From: Marsupella aquatica
Lineage: Eukaryota > Plantae > Marchantiophyta
Assembly (NCBI GenBank): GCA_973895155.1
Contig: OZ316895.1
Coordinates: 15,630,816-15,694,815, forward strand
Direction of reading: 5' to 3'
DNA length: 64,000 nt
A model generated the notes under the pieces. It made no database searches. It worked only from the letters and a program-made list of their open reading frames with translations, and was not told the DNA's origin. Both the position numbers and the translations under genes were made by a program. The number at the start of each line of letters is the position of its first letter. The first letter of the stretch is position 1. Of this stretch, positions 13,661-24,321 are shown one piece after another.

Positions 13661-16600
13661 CTACTTGTCCATCCTTTGAAGATAATTTTGGACAGTTTGT
13701 AGAACATTTTGAGGGATCTTCAAACCTCTGTCTGCCATGTTTTCTTCTTTCATTCCAGATTTAAAACCATACATTGCAGAATTTTGCATACTGCCAATGT
13801 TGAGTATTCTCACCAAACCTTGGATCTCGTTCCCATGTCTTAGTGGACATGAAACAATTTAGATACTGCGCACTCTCAGTCACATCAAGTTTAGAGTGTT
13901 TAGGCCTCCACCATTCAACTGGGAACATTGGAGCGTACTGTCGAGGCAGAGAAGGGTTTGTTGAAGATGTAGTTGGGACTTCATGCTTTGGGTCCACCAA
14001 ACCCAAAGCTCTCACCAACCAGAAATGACCTCCACCATTTTTATTCTCCCAATCATCCTCGGGTCGAAGAAATACAAAGTTTCCTTCACAAATATCCTGT
14101 AAAGGAATCCATCGTCCTTGTTCTTTCTCAGCTCGAGATCCAACAAATGGTGTTGCTTGATCTTCCATCTCTTCCAAGACCTCATTTTGAAGAGCCGTCA
14201 TCTCTGCATTCTCCTCATCTTCACTTGGAGGACCACTTTGTTCCAGTTGGTTGACCTTGTAACCAGTGCCGTGGTTAGTCTTAGGCCAAAATCTGTTTTT
14301 CAAGGGAAATTGAGTACTTCCCTCCCCTTCTAGTGCGAGCCCATTTGTCAACAACTCCACAATTCTCTCCCAATATTTCACAAGAGGAAATCTTCTCTTA
14401 TATGCTATAGATGTCTCATCAGTGCAACTCCTTCTCAAAAAATCAAGGTACTTGTTAAGAAATGGGATAATCTCTTCAGATTTTTTGTGTATCTCTCCAA
14501 TGGATTTAGCTAAGGGCTCTCCACTAGGTAAAAGAAGAGAATTTGTTGTCAGATCTGTTGCCCAAATGCACCTTCCACCAACTGGAGCCCAAGCTTGCTT
14601 TACATGGGACTTATACTGAAATATTGGTACATTATCTCTCATAGAGAAAAGAAATGATACAGGTTTTGAGTGACCTTGAATATCTTTCACCTTGAAAGTT
14701 TGAAGATATTCTTTGTAAGATGCAACTTCTTGTATCAATCTGGGAACTAGATGAATGCTCTTGCATTCCCATACCTCTGCCATAAGAGCAAGGAGGGTTG
14801 CAACTTCTTTGTGCTCAACTTGATATGATACCTTTGAAAAGAGTGCATCAACATCTTCGTGCGTATGACCAACCATTAGAAAAGATATTTGAACAGTTTC
14901 AAATACTCCTCTACTCACAAGCTCGCTACAAAATGCCATGACAGTCTGGTTTTTGTTGTCCTTTGCTGAATTATCCATCTGCAATGTTAGGTACCTTGGC
15001 AAGGGCTTGAACGATGGACTGCCTTGCTCTCCTTGCATGTCTTCTCCTTCATCCTCATCTTGCTGGTTTGGGTCGGTCTCAGTCCGACTCTCAGCTCCAT
15101 CTTCAGAACCAATATACCTATTCACCGGTATATTCTTTGGTTCCAAATAACCCGTCAAAAATGCTTCAAAGTCAAGTAGGGCTTGAAAGAAAGGTCTGTG
15201 AGGTTCCCAACGAAGGCCATCCAACATGTCACCTGTCTTGTCTCCATTGTACTCTTCAAGGTCTCGAAGACACTTAGCCAAGGATGTCACTGTGAAATCG
15301 GCATCTTCTGGCCAAAGGCCAGTGACACTAAAGTGTGCATAAACTCCTGGATCCCTCCCGTGGGTCAACATCCCTGTGAGAGCAATAGGTAGCGGCATTC
15401 CATGACCCGAAAGAGATTTAGGAGTACTAATCATTTTTAGAATCCATGTCTTTGCTTGATCCATCTTGTTGTGAATAATGCAAAGATATTCTCCTGGGTG
15501 TTGTTTGGCCATCACTCGATGAGCGTAGTAAACATATCTACGTGACATTTGCTCACAAAGATGTTGCGCTTGCTTTTCTTCAATTTCAGCACGTTCTTTT
15601 TTCCTTCATTCTCGCATCAAACTGTCTTTGTATTCACAACAAAGAGTACACTTGGCAAATGCACCATCTTTATGAAAACTGAAGTTTTCAAATGAGTTGC
15701 TCTAGATCTTGTAGAGAGTATTCTCTGTGACAGGAGGAAGCCCTTCTTCCTTCATCTTTGTTCTCACATCTTCTAGAATCTCTAGCTTCTTGTAACACGC
15801 CGGAAGACGGTACTCAATAGAGTCTATCCCATGTGCCCAGGCTCCATAAGGCATATGAGGCATGGGCTCTGCATTTCGAGTCAAAAAAGCCTCCAACAGA
15901 GCTAGTGCATGCAAGGTATTTGCCCTTGTTTTCATCAAGCCCGTATTGCCATGGAACCCAATTTTGCAACCCTCCACATATCTCCTTTTGTAATCATAAT
16001 ATTTGGTGTGGCTAAAACCGTGGATAATTGCAAATGCATGTCTGCATATGACCATACCCTTAAGAACATGGTGTCCCTTATCACAAACATCATCCGCTAT
16101 AGTGAAAGAGGTTGAAAATGTGTGACGTTTTTGACTTGCTTGACATCCCATGAAATTCCATCCTAATATCTTCAATGTTTTCCCTTGGCATAATGAGACA
16201 ACATTTTTGCTTGCAACAATTTTCTCTTTTCACGTCATCAATTGACGCCTCTATTGTTTTTGAAATTGCCTTGGTTTCCAACAACCTCCTCTTCTTTTCA
16301 TTCGGATCTACTTGATTCCTCTTGTTAAAATTGTACTGCCTTGAACGCAGTACTCCTCTATCACTTACATCCGCATTGAGTTCATCCCTATCCATTGAGT
16401 CCATCCTCTCAGAACCTTCCACCAAAATGTCTGACAAAAATTTTCCATTTGCAACTAGTTTTGTTGAATCAATCCGCCATCGAATCAAACTCACTACTCC
16501 CTTGTGGATGTTGGGAAAGTATTGTGCTACCACAACATCTTTCCCAGCAATCCCAACATGGTCATCACCAAGAATTTCATCATCAACTGCTGCTGTCACT

Positions 16601-17440
16601 TGAGGGAGAGTGATCATTCCAGTAGCAACCATTTTGGTTCGATCCAAACCAGTGTAGAGTTCAACCAACTCTGACATCCAGTTTGCCCGATGAAAATAGT
16701 CACACTTAGTGTCCATGGTGTTCGCCAAACAAGACTATGAAACAAAATTTGCCTTGTCCTTCTGCTTCTTAGAGGAAGATTTGTTGCTCCCATCAATATC
16801 AACATTCCATACTTTATTGTGGACGTCAACTACATCCCATAGAACCCAGGAGCCCTTTGCCTCTTCAATTGTTGCAGCTCCACCATGTGCGTAAGGTAAA
16901 GTCTTACTACCATGAATCATATCTGTGATTTTTACACTAACCCGAGATTCACCGAGTAATATGTTATGACATCTCTCCATTGGATCGGTCTTGAAAACAA
17001 CTCCAAAGGCCACACAATGGCCAGAGATAAACATTTCAACCTCATCGCCTGGCCTTAGGGTGGTTGAAGCATCCTCCTCTACATTTGCAAAATTATGGAT
17101 GTTGTTATCTTTTCGAGTCGAACAACTACCAATACTGATGCATTTTTGAGTAATCTTATCAGTAGATCGATATGCACATGACATATCAAAATGACACATG
17201 AGTCAATGGCATCATGAAGATTTTCTGCCCTAGGCATTGGAAAAGGGAGCTTCCTAGTCTCACCAAAGGCCTTCTCAATGAGAACCCCAATTCGATTCTC
17301 TCCCAGCACAATATTTTGAACACTCTCTCGCGGATCTGTCTTTTGAACTGTCCCATTTCCAACGTCGTAACCATCGATTGTCAAGGTAACATCATCGCCC
17401 CTAGAAAACCTTTGAGACATCCTTTTCCTATTATCCTGCA
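13661..17440 (-). pseudogene. Transposase pseudogene: three Transposase_23/TnpA-like modules, Cys-rich region, DUF7869/Sola-like DDD core, C-terminal BAH/SH3-like segment
   Basis: Stitched from ORFs 17079-17471, 16735-17199, 16090-16728, 15702-16175, 13761-15548 and a frameshifted tail ending TAG at 13661. Motifs CCKQKCC, ICRHAFAIIHG, FAKCTLC, IHNKMDQ, LQMDNSAKDNKN, FLMVGHTHEDVDALFS. Several frameshifts and in-frame stops; splice acceptor near 17441. Confidence 0.85.
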
Positions 17441-17479
17441 CACTAAAAAAAAGGATTAAAACCAAACTCATGCAAATTT

Positions 17480-18205
17480 TGATTCAGACTACTATCCTCC
17501 AATTTTGGATTTGGACTAGGACCATTCGAGTCCGGATTTGGACTGCAATCCTTCGGGTCTGGATTTGGACTACGATCCTCCGACTTTGGATTTGGAACGG
17601 GACCATCCAAGTCTGGATTTGGACTGCAATCCTCCGAGTCTGGATTTGGACTACAATCCTCTGATTCTGGATTTGGACTGGGACCATCCGAGTCCGGATT
17701 TGGACCGGGACCATCCAAGTCTGGATTTGGACTGCAATCCTTCGAGTCTGGATTTGGACTATGATCCTCCGATTCTGGATTTGGACTGGGACCATCCCAA
17801 TCCAAAGTTGGACTAGGACCATCCCAATCCAAAGTTAGACTAGGACCATCCAAATCCAAACTAGGACTTGGACCATTCCAATCCAAACTTGGACTCGGAC
17901 CATCCCAATCCAAGCTAGGACTTAGACCATCCAAGTCCAAACTTGGACTCGGACCATCCTAATCCAAAGTTGGACTCGGACCATCCAAGTTCAAACTTGG
18001 ACTCGGATGATCCCAATCCAAAGTTGGACTCGGACCATCCTAATCCTAAGTTGGACTTGGACCATCCCAATCCAAACTAGGACTTGGACCATCCAAGTTC
18101 AAACTTGGACTCGGATGATCCCAATCCAAAGTTGGACTCAGATGATCCCAATGCAAAGTTGGACTCGGATGATCCTAATCCAAACTTGGACTAGGACCAT
18201 CCTAG
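17480..18205. repeat. 27-bp minisatellite, ~26 copies, many units an imperfect palindrome
   Basis: Units TTGGACTCGGACCATCCCAATCCAAAG (right half) and TTGGACTGCAATCCTCCGAGTCTGGAT (left half). Confidence 0.95.
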
Positions 18206-18894
18206 ACCAACCCATGATATAATGGGAGATAAACTTCAAACATCTTAAGCTAAGAAAAATCCAAATTTAGGAAGACCCCGTATTTTACGGATCTCCCTAT
18301 ATGGTGTAGCCTAAAGTTTGCGTGGTCTTAAGGCAGACCCTAATGTCTACATACAGTTTCATGAAATAATGGAACCTTATATTTGAATGCATTAACCTTA
18401 TACTCACCTTAAGTAGTATTAAGATCTGGTAGAAGATGAATATCACATCCAAGGGGTATACATTGTTGTTTGAATATTGGTAAAAACTTCCCAGAACCTT
18501 GAAATACAAGCTATATGCCACTAAATCTTGGGAGTAAAAAACAAACTGAACCCTAAACCACACATGTCTGTAAAAGATAAACTGAGAGGACTCCAAAAGT
18601 CAAGAAGCTGGCTAAGCTGACCCAATGAAGGTAAGTGGCTCAATACATAACACTTTAAGAGAAACTCCACTCCGGATTACATGGAGCTTAGATTTGGGAA
18701 ACTAGAACAAGAATGAGCTCCGAAGTGGGCGTCTCCCAAATTATACCCTTCGCTTGAGTCGGCTCAACCGGAAATTGCGTGAAGATAAGGGTTGAGTACG
18801 CGTTCACCTTAGCTTGCGGACACACCTTATCTTCACAAGCCTAATTGCGCGGGGACTACCATGGAAGGCTGTTAGGTAGGCAGGATATCAAGGA

Positions 18895-19240
18895 AGGAAG
18901 CCGTATGCAAGGTGAGGGCAACGGGCCGTACGCAGGAGCAGGCCGTACGCCAAAGCAGGCCGTACGCAGGAGAAGGAGGCAACCGGCCATACGCAGGCCG
19001 GGGTGAGGCAGGAGGGGGTAAAGGGATGGAGAGGTCCAGCAAGGACCTCATTCTCATTCTCTCACTCCTCGCTCTCTCGCTCTCTCGCTCTCCTCTCGCT
19101 CTCCTCTCGCTCTCCTCCTCGCTCTCTCGCTCTCCTCCTCGCTCTCTCGCTCTCCTCTCGCTCTCCTTGCTCTCTGCTCTCCGCTCTCCGCTCTCTCTCC
19201 GCCTCCCCGCCTCCGCCTTCCGCCTCCACCTCCATTCTTT
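18895..19240. promoter_or_regulatory. Probable divergent promoter/leader region of the transposon: GC-rich GCAGGCCGTACGC repeats and a (CTCTCG/CTC)n pyrimidine tract
   Basis: Lies between oppositely oriented genes; CT-rich tract 19050-19230 resembles plant Y-patch/GAGA leaders; function inferred. Confidence 0.45.
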
Positions 19241-19464
19241 TTTATTGCCCTAGATTGGATGCCTGCTAAGATGCCACGTGTCACGCTGCCATGTGTTAGA
19301 AAGATGGAAGTGAATCACGTCCTTGTGATGTCCTACGTGGAAGAAACGGAGGAGTTTGACCTCTCCTCTATGAGCGACAGTGTGGAACTAGCACTCAAAA
19401 ACTCCAGACAATTTCAATCACGAATCCCTAGTAAGTATCCATCACCTATTCTCCCTAAGTCTTA

Positions 19465-19671
19465 GAGGACTGGGACCATCCCAATCCAAACTTGGACTCG
19501 GACCATCCCAATCCAAACTTGGACTCGGATGATCCCAATCCAAAGTTGAACTCGGACCATCCCAATCCAAAGTTGGACTCGGATGATCCTAATCCATCTA
19601 GAAGATTGAATCCCGATTGTAGGAGCAAGTCTAAAACCATCTCAAGTTGGACTATGACCATCCTAATCCAA
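19465..19671. repeat. Second cluster (~6 copies) of the 27-bp palindromic unit
   Basis: GGACTGGGACCATCCCAATCCAAAC, TTGGACTCGGACCATCCCAATCCAAAC etc.; follows a GTAAGT donor-like site at 19431. Confidence 0.9.
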
Positions 19672-19710
19672 CAAGAGTTATTCAAATGTTTTAAAGGTTT
19701 TAAGTCTAAC

Positions 19711-22700
19711 ATGGATGACGTTTATGATGCAAGGAGCGATCTTGTTGTTTTCAAACCCGCGATTGCACCGACCCACTGCCTGGACGGATTCTTACTAGAT
19801 GAGAGATCCCCACGCTTCTGATGGGGGCTTGAGTTCTCAAGAACCCCGCTTAATAATGAAGTGCCATCAACCATGATTGAACCTGTTTTGACCTTAAAGT
19901 GCAGAGAAAATGATAGCCTGACTTTTGTTTGCGGACCTGTGGTCTCTGTTGGCATTGGAGGGAGAGGGATGAATTTGGTCATTGTCGAGATGCACGATAG
20001 GTCCTGTTGGGTTAGAGTTAACCTTCTGTCAAAGGCATACTCCTCTGAATTCAATGTCGAATGGCACGCAAGTGGGGAATTGAGCGTTTTGTCAATGGGA
20101 TTTTTTCCAAAGACCTATGACACAAAGAAGTTGGTCGCCGAGGTAACTGGTATGCTTCCAGTCAACATTATGTACGGGTTTCAATATTTGAAACTCAACA
20201 TGATGAAGCACCAAGGCAATTTTTCTTTTGCAACTACCTGGACGTTAAGCAATTTACTTGAGAAAGCTGGATTGTTATTGTTGGAGTTGGAGGAGCCTGG
20301 TGTTTTAATTGATAAGGATGTTGCATTTGCTCCCAAGTTTGATTTAGTCAAAGCAAAGCAATGGATAGAATCTTTGTCCAAGACAAGAAAGCTTCCAGCG
20401 GTGAATACAAACCCTGTGCCCGAGCAAGCGCCAGAGAAAGCTCCAGAACCTACAACAGAGACCGCGGGAACTACAGCAGCGACCTCTCAAAGAGCAGTGG
20501 GAAAACAAAAACAAAGCCAAAGGAAACCTCCGGTTGAGAAGCCGAGTACGAGAAGCCGAGTTGAGAAGCCAGTTGAGAAGAAACGTCCGGTTGAGAAGCC
20601 GATTGCAAATGAAAAGAGGCCAAGACAGAAGAAGAAACAGAAAATTGACAGTGCCATCATGGATGACACTACAGAAAACCTGACAGTGTATTCACAAGAT
20701 GTGGACGAGCAGTTGGACGCTCCTGAGGAGAAGAAGGCCTTAGAAGGTAATGAGGTACTACAACAAATGGAGCAATATTATACGTTTGGGATCAATTCGA
20801 TATTTTCTATTCCTGTAGACAGTATTTTCCCTGCGTCAGCAAGACTCTGTTACATCATGTTGAATGCAGACCATGTAAAGGAGGTGGCCAATTCCGTGAT
20901 AAGAAATCCGGGGCATGAACCACACATAGCAGACTTGATTCCTTACACTACAAAACATAGAAACCTAATGCAGTATGACAACACAGAATCAGATAGGAGG
21001 GACTTTGTAGCAGCCGTGAAAAAGGGCAAGGTTCAATTCCTTGCCATTAGCGGTCAACATTCGGCCAGAGCAGCCAGATGGATTCAAGAATGGGCAAACA
21101 AGGATGCCAAGCTGACAGCATTGGCGAAAAAGCTGGAATTTCGAAAGTCAAGAATATTATCTCATCGAACACCATCGTCAATATTAGTTGAGCATTCAAT
21201 GTGATCTAATGCGATCAATAGCATGATGGTGTTTCAGTCATGCTTCAATTATACAGTCGTTCATGCTAGGCGACAATTTGTGGAATGTGGAAAACCTAGC
21301 CGGCCAAAACATGGGGACAACAAAACAAACGCTCAAGACAATCAAAAATTTCAGGTACGAAGTGTTACTGCTTGATGGGTACAATACCGTAGATTCATGC
21401 ACATTCAGTAGAATATTTCCACTGATATCGCCTAGTTTTGCGTTGGACTAGGATGGTCCCAGTCCAAATGGATTCATACACATTCGGTAGAATATTTCCA
21501 CTGATATCGCCTAGTTTTGCGTTGGACTAGGATGGTCCCAGTCCAAATGGATTCATACACATTCAATAGATTATTTTTCCACTAATACTGTCTAGTTTTG
21601 TTCTGGACTGGGATGGTCCCAGCCCAAACTAAATCATGCACATTCAATAGAATATTTCCACTGATACTGTCTAGTTTTGTGTTGGACTGGGATGGTCTCA
21701 GTCCGCACCTGAGTGCTTTCAAACAATTGAGTTATGGAGAACTAACAGACTTTCCTTTGCAATTGTAGGATTGGTTGGCTCTTGCAAGAATGACCATGGG
21801 AAGGAAAGATTGTCAAAATGTTTACTGGTTACTGTTTGCGGACAATGCTCTTTTTGAGTTATGGAGTTTGGTATGCCAGTTGTGGTTGGATGGGAAACTT
21901 CCCGATGGAGCTGGGGTAGAAGGAAATGAGAAGTCTGAAAAAGCAATTACTGTTGCCATGTTTCGTTATTTTGATGGTGAGTTGATCTCACAACGAGACA
22001 TCACAAGAATACTGACACGGGTGAAGTCAGGAAAGGTATTGCTAAAGAAAGATGCCTCTAATAAATCAGACATGCCATCTATAGAGGAGTTGGCCAAAGA
22101 TGTGGAGATCGTGCGGAAACTAAAGTCCCTTATTGAAGACTACTATTGCACCAAGGATGCGGTGAATTTCCCGGCAAATACTAATTGGGGGAAAGTAGTG
22201 GAGGTTCTTCCTACGCTAGCAATTGATTCAGAGTTCAGAAGGTGTCGAAGAGCCACTGGCAAGGTCTATCTTGCCAACCTTTTAAAGCCAAATCATACAC
22301 GGGAGAGCGCAATCTTGCCGACGACATTGGCATTCCGCCTAGATGATTTACATTACCAGAAATTTGGTGGAGGATCACGTTCTCGGACCCTACCATGGGT
22401 TACATTTTTTAGCGACAATCTCATGAAGACCATTGATCCAGAGTCATTGCAAGAAGCTCCTCCGACCTGCCCTCTTGCCATTGTTGATTTTAGCCGGCTT
22501 CCGCAAAAACAATGGACTGAAGCAGAGATTCTTGTTCTCTTTGAATATATTGTGGAGCTTCCACAAAATCCCACGATTGTTGTGACAATAACAGTTCATC
22601 CTGGACAACTTGCATGAATGTCCATGGTGCCCTTCGGAAACTGGGACAAGAGAAAGTTTTGACCATTCACATTGAGTATGGGAGTTATTCTTGAGATGAT

Positions 22701-24149
22701 CAACCGCACCCTCATGACTCATGTTGGGGTGGGGGGATTGAAGAAGTTATCTTTGCAGGGATTTCTCGAGACGAAGACGTCAATTGGAATGAAGTTTTCA
22801 AGCCCAACTATCCAAAGCCAAAATTCTTGTATACTTCAAAGGATGTTGATTACGAAGTATGCAAGATCGACAACTAAGGGAAAGGGGAAGGCTAAGGAAT
22901 CAGATGAGGGGACACAAAACGACGACCTAAAAGTGGTTTTGGACCCGGAAGAGGCCGTCAAGATTATGAATATGGCCCCTCGATTTGAGATAGTTGGCAA
23001 TCGCAGAGGGTGGGTTAATCCTCATGCCAAACCCACGCGGATGATCCGAAGGATTATTGAATCCTTGTCAGAACCGGGAGATTTGGTTCTAGATTTTTTC
23101 TCCGGTGGCCAAGTCATGAAGGCATCATTTTTTTGCGGATAGGGAATGCTTTGTTTATTGTGACTCTCACTCCGAGAGGCATTTTGTGGAAGCTTTTGCT
23201 TCCTACCTTTGCGAGAGAGTTCCCTCACTTAAAGCTCATTGTGAAACACTTGCTGAAAATTCTCGATAATGGGCTACCGTTGTTGCGGTTGTAGCTGTCG
23301 CTGTTGAATCTGATGGTTCTGAGTCTGAAGAAGTTGCTGATAAAGTGGCTGAAGGCGTAGAGGCATCAGAGGAGGCATATGTCAAGAATTTGGATTACCG
23401 TGTTGGTCAAGGTGAGCCTTACGATGTAGATGATGATATTGGACTTGCACCAAACCGTTCATCTGGTTTAGATGACATCCCTCCGGGGCCCAATGAAGTT
23501 TGAACAAGTTGATGATAACTTGGACAAGGATGATCCCAATCCAACAACGCCGGGAGGACAGATGGAGCAACTGGAAGGAGCAAGGGTTGATACGTTTGAT
23601 CATCTTTCTTCAACCAATCTGATCAATGAAGGCGCAACGAGGCTTGGAGATTCAAATGAAGCTGAAACTAAAGAATTGACTCGGGGGGAGACTGGCGGAT
23701 TGCCTGACATTCCGATCAATCCAGGAGGAAATGCATCAACGGTTGCTGACAACCAGGCAGGTGCTTCAACTTGTCCTGAGACACTCTTTTCAGCTTCTGA
23801 TGACAAATTGGTGTTTGTTCGTTCACACTCGGGGAGTCCTATTGTCGTTCCACTCTCAAAAAAGAAAGGAAATAGAGTTGGATCAACTGGATGGAGGTCA
23901 TTGGAATGCGATGCACGATGTTACGTGTGGAAAAGTGGGCCAAATCAAGGCCAAGAAATATCATTGGATGCTGCTCCTTCAATTCTCAATAAGGAGGAGT
24001 ATAAGAGGGGAGAATTGGGGTTGATAACTCCTGTTTAGACTTCACCTTATTGGGTAGAACAAAGTACTTCAGATGTCAATTTTGAAATCCAACAGGAGCT
24101 TGGTGCTGACATGATTATTGATGAATACGGATCTCTTATTTTGGAATGA
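19711..24149 (+). pseudogene. Transposon cargo gene: N-terminal unknown domain, K/P/E-rich linker with NLS-like stretch, ParB-like domain, helical region, beta-class N6A/N4C DNA-methyltransferase-like domain, acidic tail
   Basis: ATG 19711 is in frame with ORF 19861-21204 across two TGA stops. Phase-0 intron 21355-21768 (GTACGA..CTAAC..TGTAG) joins ORF 21775-22617. ParB-like LNADHVKEVANSV and FLAISGQHSARA; MTase-like LAIVDF..IEEVIFAG..HAKPTRMIRRIIESLSEPGDLVLDFFSGG..(D)RECFVYCD. Several frameshifts; 3' end approximate. Confidence 0.75.
21390..21705. repeat. About four ~88-bp tandem units inside the cargo-gene intron, most ending in the palindrome TTGGACT(A/G)GGATGGTCCCAGTCCAA
   Basis: GATTCAT.CACATTC..TAGAATATTTCCACTGATA...CTAGTTTTG.GTTGGACT.GGATGGTCCCAGTCCAAA repeated. 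Confidence 0.9.
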
Positions 24150-24321
24150 AATTCATCCTTTGATTTTTTTTTTTCATATCAATCTAAAATACTTCTCGGT
24201 CTCACAGAATGCGCTCACCAATTAAAGTCTCCATATCCGTCTACACATTGTGAGGCTTCTAAAAATGATATGTAGGTTAATTTTCTTTTTTGTCAGCCAT
24301 TGTCTTGTATTTTTGGACTGA

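Noticed and set aside
17443-18222. Repetitive ORFs (SPNPDSED.., IQTRRI.., LDLD..) on both strands
   Set aside because: They are translations of the 27-bp minisatellite, whose length is a multiple of 3; open frames on both strands with no unique sequence.
18912-19284. Leu/Ser- and Arg/Glu-rich ORFs
   Set aside because: Artefacts of the CT microsatellite-like tract.
21390-21705. CRISPR-like array (palindromic repeats at regular spacing)
   Set aside because: The intervening sequences are near-identical rather than unique spacers, there are no cas genes, and the array lies in a spliceosomal intron.
19711-24149. Bacterial or phage contamination as the source of the ParB/MTase-like gene
   Set aside because: The gene has a canonical intron, lies within TIRs beside a eukaryotic transposase and is contiguous with plant genes.
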